The notes under the pieces were generated by a model. It saw nothing but the letters and a program-made list of their open reading frames with translations. It made no database searches and was not told the DNA's origin. A stretch of 64,000 nt of DNA from Squalus acanthias (taxonomy: Eukaryota): the NCBI GenBank assembly GCA_030390025.1, contig CM059432.1, positions 27,406,001 through 27,470,000 of the forward strand. The letters are read 5' to 3'. Made by a program: the position numbers and the translations under genes. Below, piece after piece: positions 1 through 10,800 of this stretch (the stretch's first letter is position 1; each line of letters begins with the position of its first letter).

Positions 1-45
1 TGATAGTGTAATAGAAGATATCTGATCAGACGCCTGTTATACATT
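1..45. mobile_element. Left arm of a small palindromic MITE, split by the CR1+minisatellite insertion (continues at 13741)
   Basis: 1-42 (tgatagtgtaatagaagatatctgatcagacgcctgttata) is an imperfect reverse complement of ~13797-13839 (tataacaggcatctgttccgatatcggccattttacactatca). Intact relatives at ~16932-17120 and 25490-25671. Confidence 0.7.
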
Positions 46-716
46 GAGTCATAGAGTCATAACGGCTCAGAAAGAGGCCATTCGGCCCATCGAGTCCGTG
101 CCGGCTCTCTGTAGAGCAATCCAGTCAGTCCCATTCCCCCGCTCTATCCCCGTAGCCCTGCAAGTTTATTTCCCTCAAGTACCTATCCAGTCTCCCCTTG
201 AAAACATTGAGTATCTCCGCTTCCACCACTTCCGTTGGCAGCGAATTCCAGGTCATCACCACTTGCTGCGTAAAAAAGTTTTTCCTCACGTCCCCCCTGT
301 ATCTCTTGCCCAAAACCTTAAATCTGTGTCCCCTAGTCCTTGTACCATCAACTACTGGGAACAGCCTTTCCCCGTCTCGCCTATCCAAACCCGTCATAAT
401 CTTGTACACCTCTATCAAGTCGCCCCTCAACCTCCTTTGCTCTAATGAAAATAAATCCAGCTTCTCCAACCTGTCCTTGTAGCTAAGATCCCCCATCCCC
501 GGAACCATTCAGGTAAATCTCCTCTGCACCCTCTCAAGGGCCTTCACATCCTTCTTAAAGTGTGGTGACCAGAACTGGATGCAATACTCCAGTTGTGGCC
601 TAACCAGCGCTTTATAAAGGTTCAGCATAACTTCTCTACTTTTGTACTCAATACCTCTATTTATGAATGAGAAGTCACACAACACCAGGTTATAGTCCAA
701 CAGATTTATTTAAAAT

Positions 717-752
717 TACAAGCTTTCGGAGCTGTCGCTCCTTCTTCAGGTA
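717..752 (-). ncRNA. Mirror copy of the minimal hammerhead motif
   Basis: Exact reverse complement of 787-822 in the left palindrome arm. Confidence 0.7.
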
Positions 753-786
753 GGGTAGCTGTGAGAGAATTCTCTCACAGCTACCC

Positions 787-822
787 TACCTGAAGAAGGA
801 GCGACAGCTCCGAAAGCTTGTA
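787..822 (+). ncRNA. Minimal type I hammerhead ribozyme motif (Penelope-type)
   Basis: TAC-CTGAAGA-A-GGAGC-GACA-GCTCC-GAAA-GC-TT-GTA: CUGANGA and GAAA cores, 5-bp stem II, palindromic mini stem III (AGCT), 3-bp stem I (TAC/GTA). Confidence 0.7.
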
Positions 823-2066
823 ATTTTAAATAAATCTGTTGGACTATAACCTGGTGTTGTGCGACTTCTCATTTTTGTCCACCCCAGTCCAACGCCGGCA
901 TCTCCACATCATGACCTCTATTTATGAAGCCTAAGATCCCATATGCTTTGTTAACCACTCTTTCAATATGTCCTGCCACCTTCAGGGACCTATGCACAAT
1001 AACTCCCAGGTCCCTCTGTCCCTGCACACTCTTTAAAACTGTGCCATTAAGTGTATATTGCCTCTCCCTGTTCCTTCTGCCAAAATGCATCACCTCACAC
1101 TTCTCTGTATTAAATTCCATCTGCCACTTGTCTGCCCATTTTACTAGTCTTTCTATGTCCTGTTGCAGTCGATTGGTATCATCATCACTGTTTGCCACAC
1201 CCCCAAGTTTGGTGTCATCGACAAATTTAGAAATTCTACTCTGCATTCCAATATCCAGGTCATTTATATATATCAAAAAAAGCAGTGGCCCCAGCACTGA
1301 CCCTTGGGGAACACCACTGACTACCATCCTCCAGTCTGAAAAACAGCCATTTACCACAACTCACTGTTTTCTGTCCTTAAGCCAATTCCATATCCAATCT
1401 GCCACTGACCCACCTATTCCGTGAGCCTCAATTTTGTTAACCAGCCTTCTATGTTGTACTTTGTCAAACGCCTTCTGAAAATCCATGTAGACAACATCCA
1501 TTGCATTCCCTTCATCAATCCTCTCTGTTACTTCATCAAAAAATTCAATTAGATTAGTCAAACACGATCTGCCTTTTACAAATCCGTGTTGGCGCTCCTT
1601 AATTAGCTTAAACCTCTCCAAGTGCCCGTTAATTTTTTCCTTGATTATAGTTTCTAAAACTTTACCCACCACTGATGTTAAACTGACCGGCCTGTAGTTA
1701 CTAGGATTGTCCTTACACCCTATTTTGAACAATGGTGTCACATTTGCCACTTTCCAATCCATAGGCACCTCCCCCGCATCTAGGGAAGTTTAGAAAATTA
1801 TGGCAAGCCCTTTCGCTATCTCCTCCCCCAGTTCCCTTAGCAACCTGGGATGCAAGCCACCTGGACCAGGCGACTTGTCCACTCTAAGCATAGCCAGCCT
1901 TTCTAGTACATCCTGTCTATCAATTTTCACCCCTTCCATTGCTTCTAGCTTTTCCACTTCTACCGATATTTTGTCAGCATCCACCTCCTTAGTAAACACC
2001 GATACAAAGTACTCATTGAGTATTCTAGCATTGCCCTGCACCTCTAAGCATATATCACCTTCTTTG

Positions 2067-2431
2067 GACTAGACAGGACTAGACAGACTAGATGCAGGAA
2101 GGATGTTCCCGATGGCGGGGGAGTCCAGAACCAGGGGTCACAGTCTAAGGATAAGGGGTAAGCCATTTAGGACTGAGATGAGGAGGAATTTCTTCACCCA
2201 GAGAGTGGTGAACCTGTGGAATTCTCTACCACAGAAGGTAGTTGAGGCCAACTCATTAAATATATTCAAGAACGAGTTAGATATATTTCTTAAGGCTAAA
2301 GGGATCAAGTGATATGGGGGGAAAGCAGGGACAGGGTACTGAATTTGGATGATCAGCCATGATCTCATTAAATGGCGGAACAGGCTCGAGGGGCCGAATG
2401 GCCTACTGCTCCTATCTTCTATGTTTCTATG
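2067..2431 (+). mobile_element. 5'-truncated CR1 3' end inserted antisense into the host CR1
   Basis: MFPMAGESRTRGHSLRIRG...FFTQRVVNLWNSLP, 3' stem-loop region, (ttctatgt)n tail. Short tttg duplication at 2063-2066 and 2432-2435. Confidence 0.9.
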
Positions 2432-3640
2432 TTTGTCTCTAATAGGCCCCACCCCGCCTCTTACTACCCACTCACTGTTTACATGCTGGGAGAAGATTTT
2501 TGGGTTCCCTTTTATGTTAACCACCATTCTACTCTCATATTCTCTCTTTGCCAATCTTATTTTCATCTTCACATCTCCTCTCAATTTATTGTATTTGTCT
2601 GGTTCTCCCTTGAAGAATTCACCTGACATGCATCATACACCCTCTTTTTTTGTTTCACAACTTCTCTATCTCCCTCGTCATCCAAAGAGTCCTAGCTTTG
2701 GCTCCCTTACCCTTCCCGCTTGTTGGAATGTACCTAGCCTGTACTTGGAACATCTCCTCCTTAAAGATCACCCATTGTTCTGTTACAGTTTTTCCTGTCA
2801 GTCTTTGTTTCCATTTTACTCTGGCTAGATCCTTTCGCATCCCATTGAAGTTAGCCCTACTCCAGTTTAGAAGTTCCACTCTAGATTGTTCCTTGCTCCT
2901 CTCCATTGCTAATCTAAATCTTATGATCCGATGATCACTCGTACCCAAGTGTTCTCCCACAGACACTTGGTCGACCTGGCCCACCTCATTCCCCAGCACC
3001 AGATCCAGCAATGCCTCCTTCCTAGTTGGGCCAAGAACATATTGGTCAAGGAAATTCTCCTGAAGACATTTCAGAAATTCCTCCCCCTCCTTTCCCTTTA
3101 CCCTAGCATTGTCCCAATCGATATTTGGGTAATTAAAGTCCCCCAATATCTATAGCTCTTGTATATCTCTGCGATTTCCCTGCAGATTTGCTCCTCTACC
3201 TCCCTCTCACTATTTGGAGGCCTATAGAATACCCCCAATAGCGTGATCATACCCTTTTTGCTCCTCAACTCTAACCAAATGGATTCTGTCCTTGTCCCCT
3301 CAAGAACATCCTCCCTTTCGAACACTACAATGTCTTCCTTAATCAGCACTGCCACCCCACCTAGCTTTTTTCCTTCCCTATCTTTTCTGAACACCTTGTC
3401 CCCTTGAATATTAAGTGCCCAGTCCTCACCGTTTTTAAGCCATATTTCCGTTATTGCCACAACATCATATTGCCACATGTGCGTTTACGTACATGCATTC
3501 TAAACCCATTTTTGAATTTTTCGTAGTCTTTCTTAAACTGCTCCTATCTAATATGGTACTACTACTGCCTCTAGTACTATCTTCTCTAGTACTATCCAAC
3601 ACAATCACTCTCTTATGCACCTTATTCCTCTTTTCTACTC

Positions 3641-4566
3641 CTATATGCTGGTGCCCATCCCCCTGCCAAGCTGGTTTAAACCCTCCCCAACAGCACTAAC
3701 AAACCTCCCAGCGAGAATATTGGTCCCGGCTCTGTTGAGATGTAACCCGTCCGGCTTGTACAGGTCCCACCTTCCCCAGAAACGGTCCCAATGCCTCAGG
3801 AATCTAAAGCCCTCCCTCCTGCACCATCTCTCCAGCCACACATTCATCTGTTCTATCCTCCTATTCCTGTACTCACTAGCACGTGGCACCGGGAGTAATC
3901 CGGAGATTACTACCTTTGAGGTCCTGCTTTTTAATCTCTCTCATAGCTCCCTAAACTCTGCCTGCAGGACCTCATCTCTCTTTCTCCCTATGTCATTGGT
4001 ACCAATATGGAAACGACCTCTGGCTGTTCACCCTCCCCCCTCAGAGTGTCCTGCAGCCGCTCAGTGACATCCTTGACCCTGGCCGCAGAAACGTCTGTCT
4101 GCTCCCCTAACTATTGAATCCCCTACCACTATTGCACTTCCACTCTTTTTACTCCCCCCCTGTGCAGCAGAGCCACCCGTGGTGCAGTGGACTTGACTCT
4201 GGCTGCACTCCCCAGAGGAACCATCGTCCTCACCAGTACTTAGAACAGAATACTGGTTGGAGAGCGCGATGCACTCCGAGGACTCCTGCACTACCTGCCT
4301 GGTTCTCCTCTTCTGTCTGGCGGTCACCCATTCCCTCTCTGCCTGCATACTCTTAAGCTGCAGGGGTGACCACCTCTAGAAACGTGCTATCCACGTAACT
4401 CTCAGTCTCGTGGATGCACCGCAGTGACTCCAGCCGCCGCTCAAGCTCCGAGTTGCTGTAGTTGGCAACTCTTCCTGCACATGTGGTTGTCCAGGCTACG
4501 CAAAGCATCCAGGACTTCCCACATGGCACAGGATGTGCACTCCACAGGACTGAGCTGCCCTGCCAT
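3641..4566 (-). pseudogene. CR1 ORF1 (Cys-rich zinc finger plus SGNH/GDSL esterase), disrupted
   Basis: MAGQLSPVECTSCAMWEV...CRKSC, AIVVGDSIVRG, RHWDRFWGRWDLYKPDGLHLN. Stops, frameshifts and an apparent internal deletion near 4081. Confidence 0.85.
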
Positions 4567-4567
4567 G

Positions 4568-4752
4568 CCTCTATTTAATAGACTAAAAACTAACCCAGCA
4601 GAAATAAACTTAAACCTTAACAAAAAACACTCCCCAGCTACTCACCAATCAGCTCTTTCCCTCTATTTAATAGGCTATTAACTAACTTAGCAGAAATAAA
4701 TTTATAAACTTAAAAAAAATACACTCAGCAGCTATTCACCAATCAGCTCCTT
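4568..4752. repeat. Two diverged ~90-bp tandem copies in the CR1 5' UTR
   Basis: cctctatttaatag...cagaaataaa...cagcta(c/t)tcaccaatcagctc occurs twice. Confidence 0.7.
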
Positions 4753-4885
4753 CCCTTGTGCCAACGACACTTTTTTTACTCTGACGTCACTTTTTCACAA
4801 ACTGCCTCTGTTGAGTTGCTGCCACTCGGGACTGCTCCTTTTAACTGCTCCGCTCTCACTGTGCTCACACCAAGTCCGCTCCTTC

Positions 4886-7800
4886 CGGTGCTGCTCCCAC
4901 TCTCGGCGCTCTTTGTACCGCTGCCCCCACTCTCGGCGCTCTTTATTCCGCTGCTCCCGCTCTCGGCGCTCTTTATACCGCTGCCCCCACTCTCGGCACT
5001 CTTTATACCGTTGCTCCCGCTCTTGGCGCTCTTTGTGCCGCTGCTCCCGCTCTCGGCACTCTTTATTCCACTGCCCCCGCTCTCGGCGTTCTTTATACCA
5101 CTGCCCCCGCTCTCGGCGCTCTTTATACCGCTGCTCCCGCTCTCGGCGCTCTTTGTTCCACTGCTCCCGCACTCGGCGCTCTTTGTTCCGCTGCTTCCGC
5201 TCTCGGCGCTCTTTGTGCCGCTGACCCGCTCTCGGCGCTCTTTGTGCCGCTGCTTCCGCTCTCGGCGCTCTTTGTGCCGCTGACCCGCTCTCGGCGCTCT
5301 TTGTGCCGCTGCTTCCGCTCTCGGCGCTCTTTGTGCCGCTGACCCGCTCTCGGCGCTCTTTGTGCCGCTGCTTCCGCTCTCGGCGCTCTTTGTGCCGCTG
5401 ACCCGCTCTCGGCGCTCTTTATACTGCAACTCCCGCTCTCGGCGCTCTTTGTTCCACTGCTCCTGCTCTCGGCGCTCTTTATACCGCTGCTCCCACTCTC
5501 GGCGCTCTTTATACCGCTGCTTCCGCTCTCGGCGCTCTTTGTGCCGCTGACCCGCTCTCGGCGCTCTTTGTGCCGCTGCTTCCGCTCTCGGCGCTCTTTG
5601 TGCCGCTGACCCGCTCTCGGCGCTCTTTGTGCCGCTGCTTCCGCTCTCGGCGCTCTTTGTGCCGCTGACCCGCTCTCGGCGCTCTTTGTGCCGCTGCTTC
5701 CGCTCTCGGCGCTCTTTATACTGCAACTCCCGCTCTCGGCGCTCTTTGTTCCACTGCTCCTGCTCTCGGCGCTCTTTATACCGCTGCTTCCGCTCTCGGC
5801 GCTCTTTGTGCCGCTGACCCGCTCTCGGCGCTCTTTGTGCCGCTGCTTCCGCTCTCGGCGCTCTTTGTGCCGCTGACCCGCTCTCGGCGCTCTTTGTGCC
5901 GCTGCTTCCGCTCTCGGCGCTCTTTGTGCCGCTGACCCGCTCTCGGCGCTCTTTGTGCCGCTGCTTCCGCTCTCGGCGCTCTTTGTGCCGCTGACCCGCT
6001 CTCGGCGCTCTTTGTGCCGCTGCTTCCGCTCTCGGCGCTCTTTGTGCCGCTGACCCGCTCTCGGCGCTCTTTATACTGCAACTCCCGCTCTCGGCGCTCT
6101 TTATACCGCTGCTCCCACTCTCGGCGCTCTTTATACCGCTGCTTCCGCTCTCGGCGCTCTTTGTTCCGCTGCTCCCGCTCTCGGAGCTCTTTGTTCCGCT
6201 GCCCCCGCTCTCGGCGCTCTTTGTTCCGCTGCTCCCGCTCTCGGAGCTCTTTATACCGCTGCTCCCACTCTCGGCGCTCTTTGTGTCGCTGCTCCCGCTC
6301 TCGGCACACTTTGTTCTGCTGCTCCCGCTCTCGGCGCTCTTTGTTCCGCTGCTCCCGCTCTTGGCGCTCTTTATATCGCTGCTCCCGCTCTCGGCGCTCT
6401 TTATACCGCTGCTCCCGCTCTTGGCGCTCTTTATATCGCTGCTCCCGCTCTCGGCGCTCTTTATACCGCTGCTCCCGCTCTCGGCACTCTTTATACCGCT
6501 GCTCCCGCTCTCGGCGCTCTTTATACCGCTGCTCCCGCTCTCGGCGCTCTTTATACCGCTGCTCCCGCTCTCGGCGCTCTTTGTTCCGCTGCCCCCGCTC
6601 TCGGCGCTCTTTGTTCCGCTGCTCCCGCTCTCGGAGCTCTTTGTTCCGCTGCCCCCGCTCTCGGCGCTCTTTATACCGCTGCTCCCGCTCTCGGCGCTCT
6701 TTGTTCCACTGCTCCTGCTCTCGGCGCACTTTATACCGCTGCTCCCACTCTCGGCGCTCTTTATACCGCTGCTTCCGCTCTCGGCGCTCTTTGTGCCGCT
6801 GACCCGCTCTCGGCGCTCTTTGTTCCGCTGCCCCCGCTCTCGGCGCTCTTTATTCCGCTGCTTCCGCTCTCGGCGCTCTTTATTCCGCTGCTTCCGCTCT
6901 CGGCGCTCTTTGTTCCACTGCTCCCGCTCTCGGCGCTCTTTGTTCCACTGCTCCCGCTCTCGGCGCTCTTTATTCCGCTGCTTCCACTCTCAGCGCTCTT
7001 TGTTCCGCTGCTCCTGCTCTCGGCGCTCTTTATACCGCTGCTCCCGCTCTCGGCGCTCTTTGTGCCGCTGACCCGCTCTCGGCGCTCTTTGTGCCGCTGC
7101 TTCCGCTCTCGGCGCTCTTTGTGCCGCTGACCCGCTCTCGGCGCTCTTTGTGCCGCTGCTCCCGCTCTCGGCGCTCTTTATTCCGCTGCTTCCACTCTCG
7201 GCGCTCTTTGTGTCGCTGCTCCCGCTCTCGGCGCTCTTTGTTCCGCTGCTCCCGCTCTCGGCGCTCTTTATTCCGCTGCTTCCGCTCTCGGAGCTCTTTG
7301 TTCCACTGCTCCCGCTCTCGGCGCTCTTTGTGTCGCTGCTCCCACTCTCGGTGCTCTTTGTGCCGCTGCTCCCGCTCTCGGCGCTCTTTGTTCCACTGCT
7401 CCCGCTCTCGGCGCTCTTTGTGTCGCTGCTCCCGCTCTCGGCGCTCTTTATTCCGCTGCTTCCACTCTCGGCGCTCTTTGTGTCGCTGCTCCCGCTCTCG
7501 GTGCTCTTTGTGCCGCTGCTCCCGCTCTCGGCGCTCTTTATACCGCTGCTCCCGCTCTCGGCGCTCTTTGTGCCGCTGCTCCCGCTCTCGGCGCTCTTTG
7601 TTCCACTGCTCCCGCTCTCGGTGCTCTTTGTGCCGCTGCTCCCGCTCTCGGCGCTCTTTGTTCCACTGCTCCCACTCTCGGCGCGCTTTATACCGCTGCT
7701 CCCGCTCTTGTCGCTCTTTATACCGCTGCTCCCACTCTCGGCGCTCTTTATACCGCTGCTCCCGCTCTCGGCGCTCTTTGTGCCGCTGCTCCCACTCTCG

Positions 7801-10800
7801 GCGCTCTTTATACCGCTGCTCCCGCTCTCGGCGCTCTTTATACCGCTGCTCCCGCTCTCGGCGCTCTTTGTGCCGCTGCTCCCGCTCTCGGCGCTCTTTG
7901 TTCCACTGCTCCTGCTCTCGGCGCTCTTTATACCGCTGCTTCCGCTCTCGGCGCTCTTTATACCGCTGCTCCCGCTCTCGGCGCTCTTTGTTCCGCTGCT
8001 CCCGCTCTCGGAGCTCTTTGTTCCGCTGCCCCCGCTCTCGGCGCTCTTTATACCGCTGCTCCCGCTCTCGGCGCTCTTTGTTCCGCTGCTCCCGCTCTCG
8101 GCGCGCTTTGTTCCACTGCTCCCGCTCTCGGCGCGCTTTGTTCCGCTGCTCCCGCTCTCGGCGCTCTTTGTTCCACTGCTCCTGCTCTCGGCACTCTTTA
8201 TACCGCTGCTCCCACTCTCGGCGCTCTTTATACCGCTGCTTCCGCTCTCGGCGCTCTTTGTGCCGCTCACCCGCTCTCGGCGCTCTTTGTTCCGCTGCTC
8301 CTGCTCTCGGCGCTCTTTGTTCCGCTGCCCCCGCTCTCGGCGCTCTTTGTGCCGCTGACCCGCTCTCGGCGCTCTTTGTTCCACTGCTCCCACTCTCGGC
8401 GCTCTTTATTCCGCTGCTTCCACTCTCGGTGCTCTTTGTGTCGCTGCTCCCGCTCTCGGCGCTCTTTGTGTCGCTGCTCCCGCTCTCGGCGCTCTTTGTG
8501 TCGCTGCTCCCGCTCTCGGCGCTCTTTGTTCCACTGCTCCTGCTCTCGGCGCTCTTTATACCGCTGCTTCCGCTCTCGGCGCTCTTTATACCGCTGCTTC
8601 CGCTCTCGGCGCTCTTTATACCGCTGCTCCCGCTCTCGGCGCTCTTTATACCGCTGCTCCCGCTCTCGGCGCTCTTTGTTCCGCTGCTCCTGCTCTCGGC
8701 GCTCTTTATACCGCTGCTTCCGCTCTCGGCGCTCTTTATACCGCTGCTTCCGCTCTCGGCGCTCTTTATACCGCTGCTCCCGCTCTCGGCGCTCTTTATA
8801 CCGCTGACCCACTCTCTGCGCTCTTTATACTGCTGCTCCCGCTCTCGGCGCTATTTATACCACTGCTCCCGCTCTCAGCGCTCTTTATATCGCTGACCCG
8901 CTCTCGGCGCTATTTATACCACTGCTCCCGCTCTCGGCGCTCTTTGTGCCGCTGCTCCCGCTCTCGGCGCTCTTTGTTCCGCTGCTCCCGCTCTCGGCGC
9001 TCTTTGTGCCGCTGCTCCCGCTCTCGGCGCTCTTTGTTCCACTGCTCCCGCTCTCGGCGCTCTTTGTTCCGCTGACCCGCTCTCGGCGCTCTTTATACCG
9101 CTGCTCCCGCTCTCGGCGCTCTTTGTTCCACTGCTCCCGCTCTCGGCGCTCTTTGTTCTGCTGCTCCCGCTCTCGGCACTCTTTGTGCCGCTGCTCCCGC
9201 TCTCGGCGCTCTTTGTGCCGCTGCTCCCGCTCTCGGCACTCTTTGTGCCGCTGCTCCCGCTCTCGGCGCTCTTTGTTCTGCTGCTCCCGCTCTCGGCACT
9301 CTTTGTGCCGCTGCTCCCGCTCTCGGCTCTCTTTGTGCCGCTGCTCCCGCTCTCGGCGCTCTTTGTGCCGCTGCTCCCGCTCTCGGCTCTCTTTGTGCCG
9401 CTGCTCCCGCTCTCGGCGCTCTTTGTGCCGCTGCTCCCGCTCTCGGCGCTCTTTGTTCTGCTGCTCCCGCTCTCGGCACTCTTTGTGCCGCTGCTCCCGC
9501 TCTCGGCACTCTTTGTTCTGCTGCTCCCACTCTCGGCGCTCTTTGTTCTGCTGCTCCCGCTCTCGGCACTCTTTGTGCCGCTGCTCCCGCTCTCGGCGCT
9601 CTTTGTTCTGCTGCTCCCGCTCTCGGCGCTCTTTGTGCCGCTGCTCCCGCTCTCGGCTCTCTTTGTGCCGCTGCTCCTGCTCTCGGCGCTCTTTGTTCCG
9701 CTGCTCCCGCTCTCAGCGCTCTTTGTTCCGCTGCTCCCGCTCTCGGCGCTCTTTATACCGCTGCTCCCGCTCTCGGCGCTCTTTGTTCCGCTGCTCCCGC
9801 TCTCGGCGCTCTTTATACCGCTGCTCCCGCTCTCGGCGCTCTTTGTTCCGCTGCTCCCGCTCTCGGCGCTCTTTGTTCCGCTGCTCCCGCTCTCGGCGCT
9901 CTTTGTTCCGCTGCTCCCGCTCTCGGCGCTCTTTGTGCCGCTGCTCCCGCTCTCGGCACTCTTTGTTCCGCTGCTCCCGCTCTCGGCGCTCTTTGTTCCG
10001 CTGCCCCCGCTCTTGGCGCTCTTTGTTCCGCTGCTCCCGCTCTCGGCGCTCTTTGTTCCGCTGCCCCCGCTCTTGGCGCTCTTTATTCCGCTGCTCACGC
10101 TCTCGGCGCTCTTTGTTCCGCTGCTCCCGCTCTCGGCGCTCTTTGTTCTGCTGCTCCCACTCTCGGCGCTCTTTATACCGCTGCTCCCGCTCTCGGCGCT
10201 CTTTGTTCCGCTGCCCCCGCTCTTGGCGCTCTTTATACCGCTGCTCCCGCTCTCGGCGCTCTTTATACCGCTGCTCCCGCTCTCGGCGCTCTTTATACCG
10301 CTGCTCCCGCTCTCGGCGCTCTTTATACCGCTGCTCACGCTCTCGGCGCTCTTTATACCGTTGCTCCCACTCTCGGCGCTCTTTGTTCCGCTGCTCCCGC
10401 TCTCGGCGCTCTTTGTTCCACTGCTCCCGCTCTCGGCGCTCTTTATACCGCTGCTCCCGCTCTCGGCGCTCTTTATACCGCTGCTCCCGCTCTCGGCGCT
10501 CTTTATACCGCTGCTCCCACTCTCGACACTCTTTATATCGCTGACCCGCTCTCGGCGCTCTTTATACCACTGCTCACGCTCTCGGCGCTCTTTATACCGC
10601 TGCTCCCACTCTCGACACTCTTTATATCGCTGACCCGCTCTCGGCGCTCTTTGTTCCGCTGACCCGCTCTCAGCGCTCTTTATACCGCTGCTCCCGCTCT
10701 CAACACTCTTTGTTCCACTGCTCCCGCTCTCGGCGCTCTTTATTCCGCTGCTCCCGCTCTCGGCGCTCTTTATTCCGCTGCTCCCGCTCTCGGCGCTCTT

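Larger units (their letters stand above)
668..913. mobile_element. Penelope-like pseudo-LTR insertion (inverted pair) inside CR1 ORF2, with 15-bp TSD
   Basis: Flanked by acctctatttatgaa at 653-667 and 914-928. 666-873 is a palindrome centred on GAATTC (767-772) with ~104-bp arms and one mismatch seen. Each arm carries a hammerhead core. Confidence 0.8.
46..4885 (-). mobile_element. Near full-length, decayed CR1 LINE (HER1-like): ORF1, APE endonuclease, RT, 8-bp-repeat tail
   Basis: Minus-strand ORF fragments: GDFNYPNIDW and LDLVL (APE); [37 protein letters not shown] (RT); RRLRGDLIEVYKI...FFTQ (CR1 C-terminus). Tail (gagtcata)n at ~46-61. Many stops and frameshifts. Confidence 0.95.
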
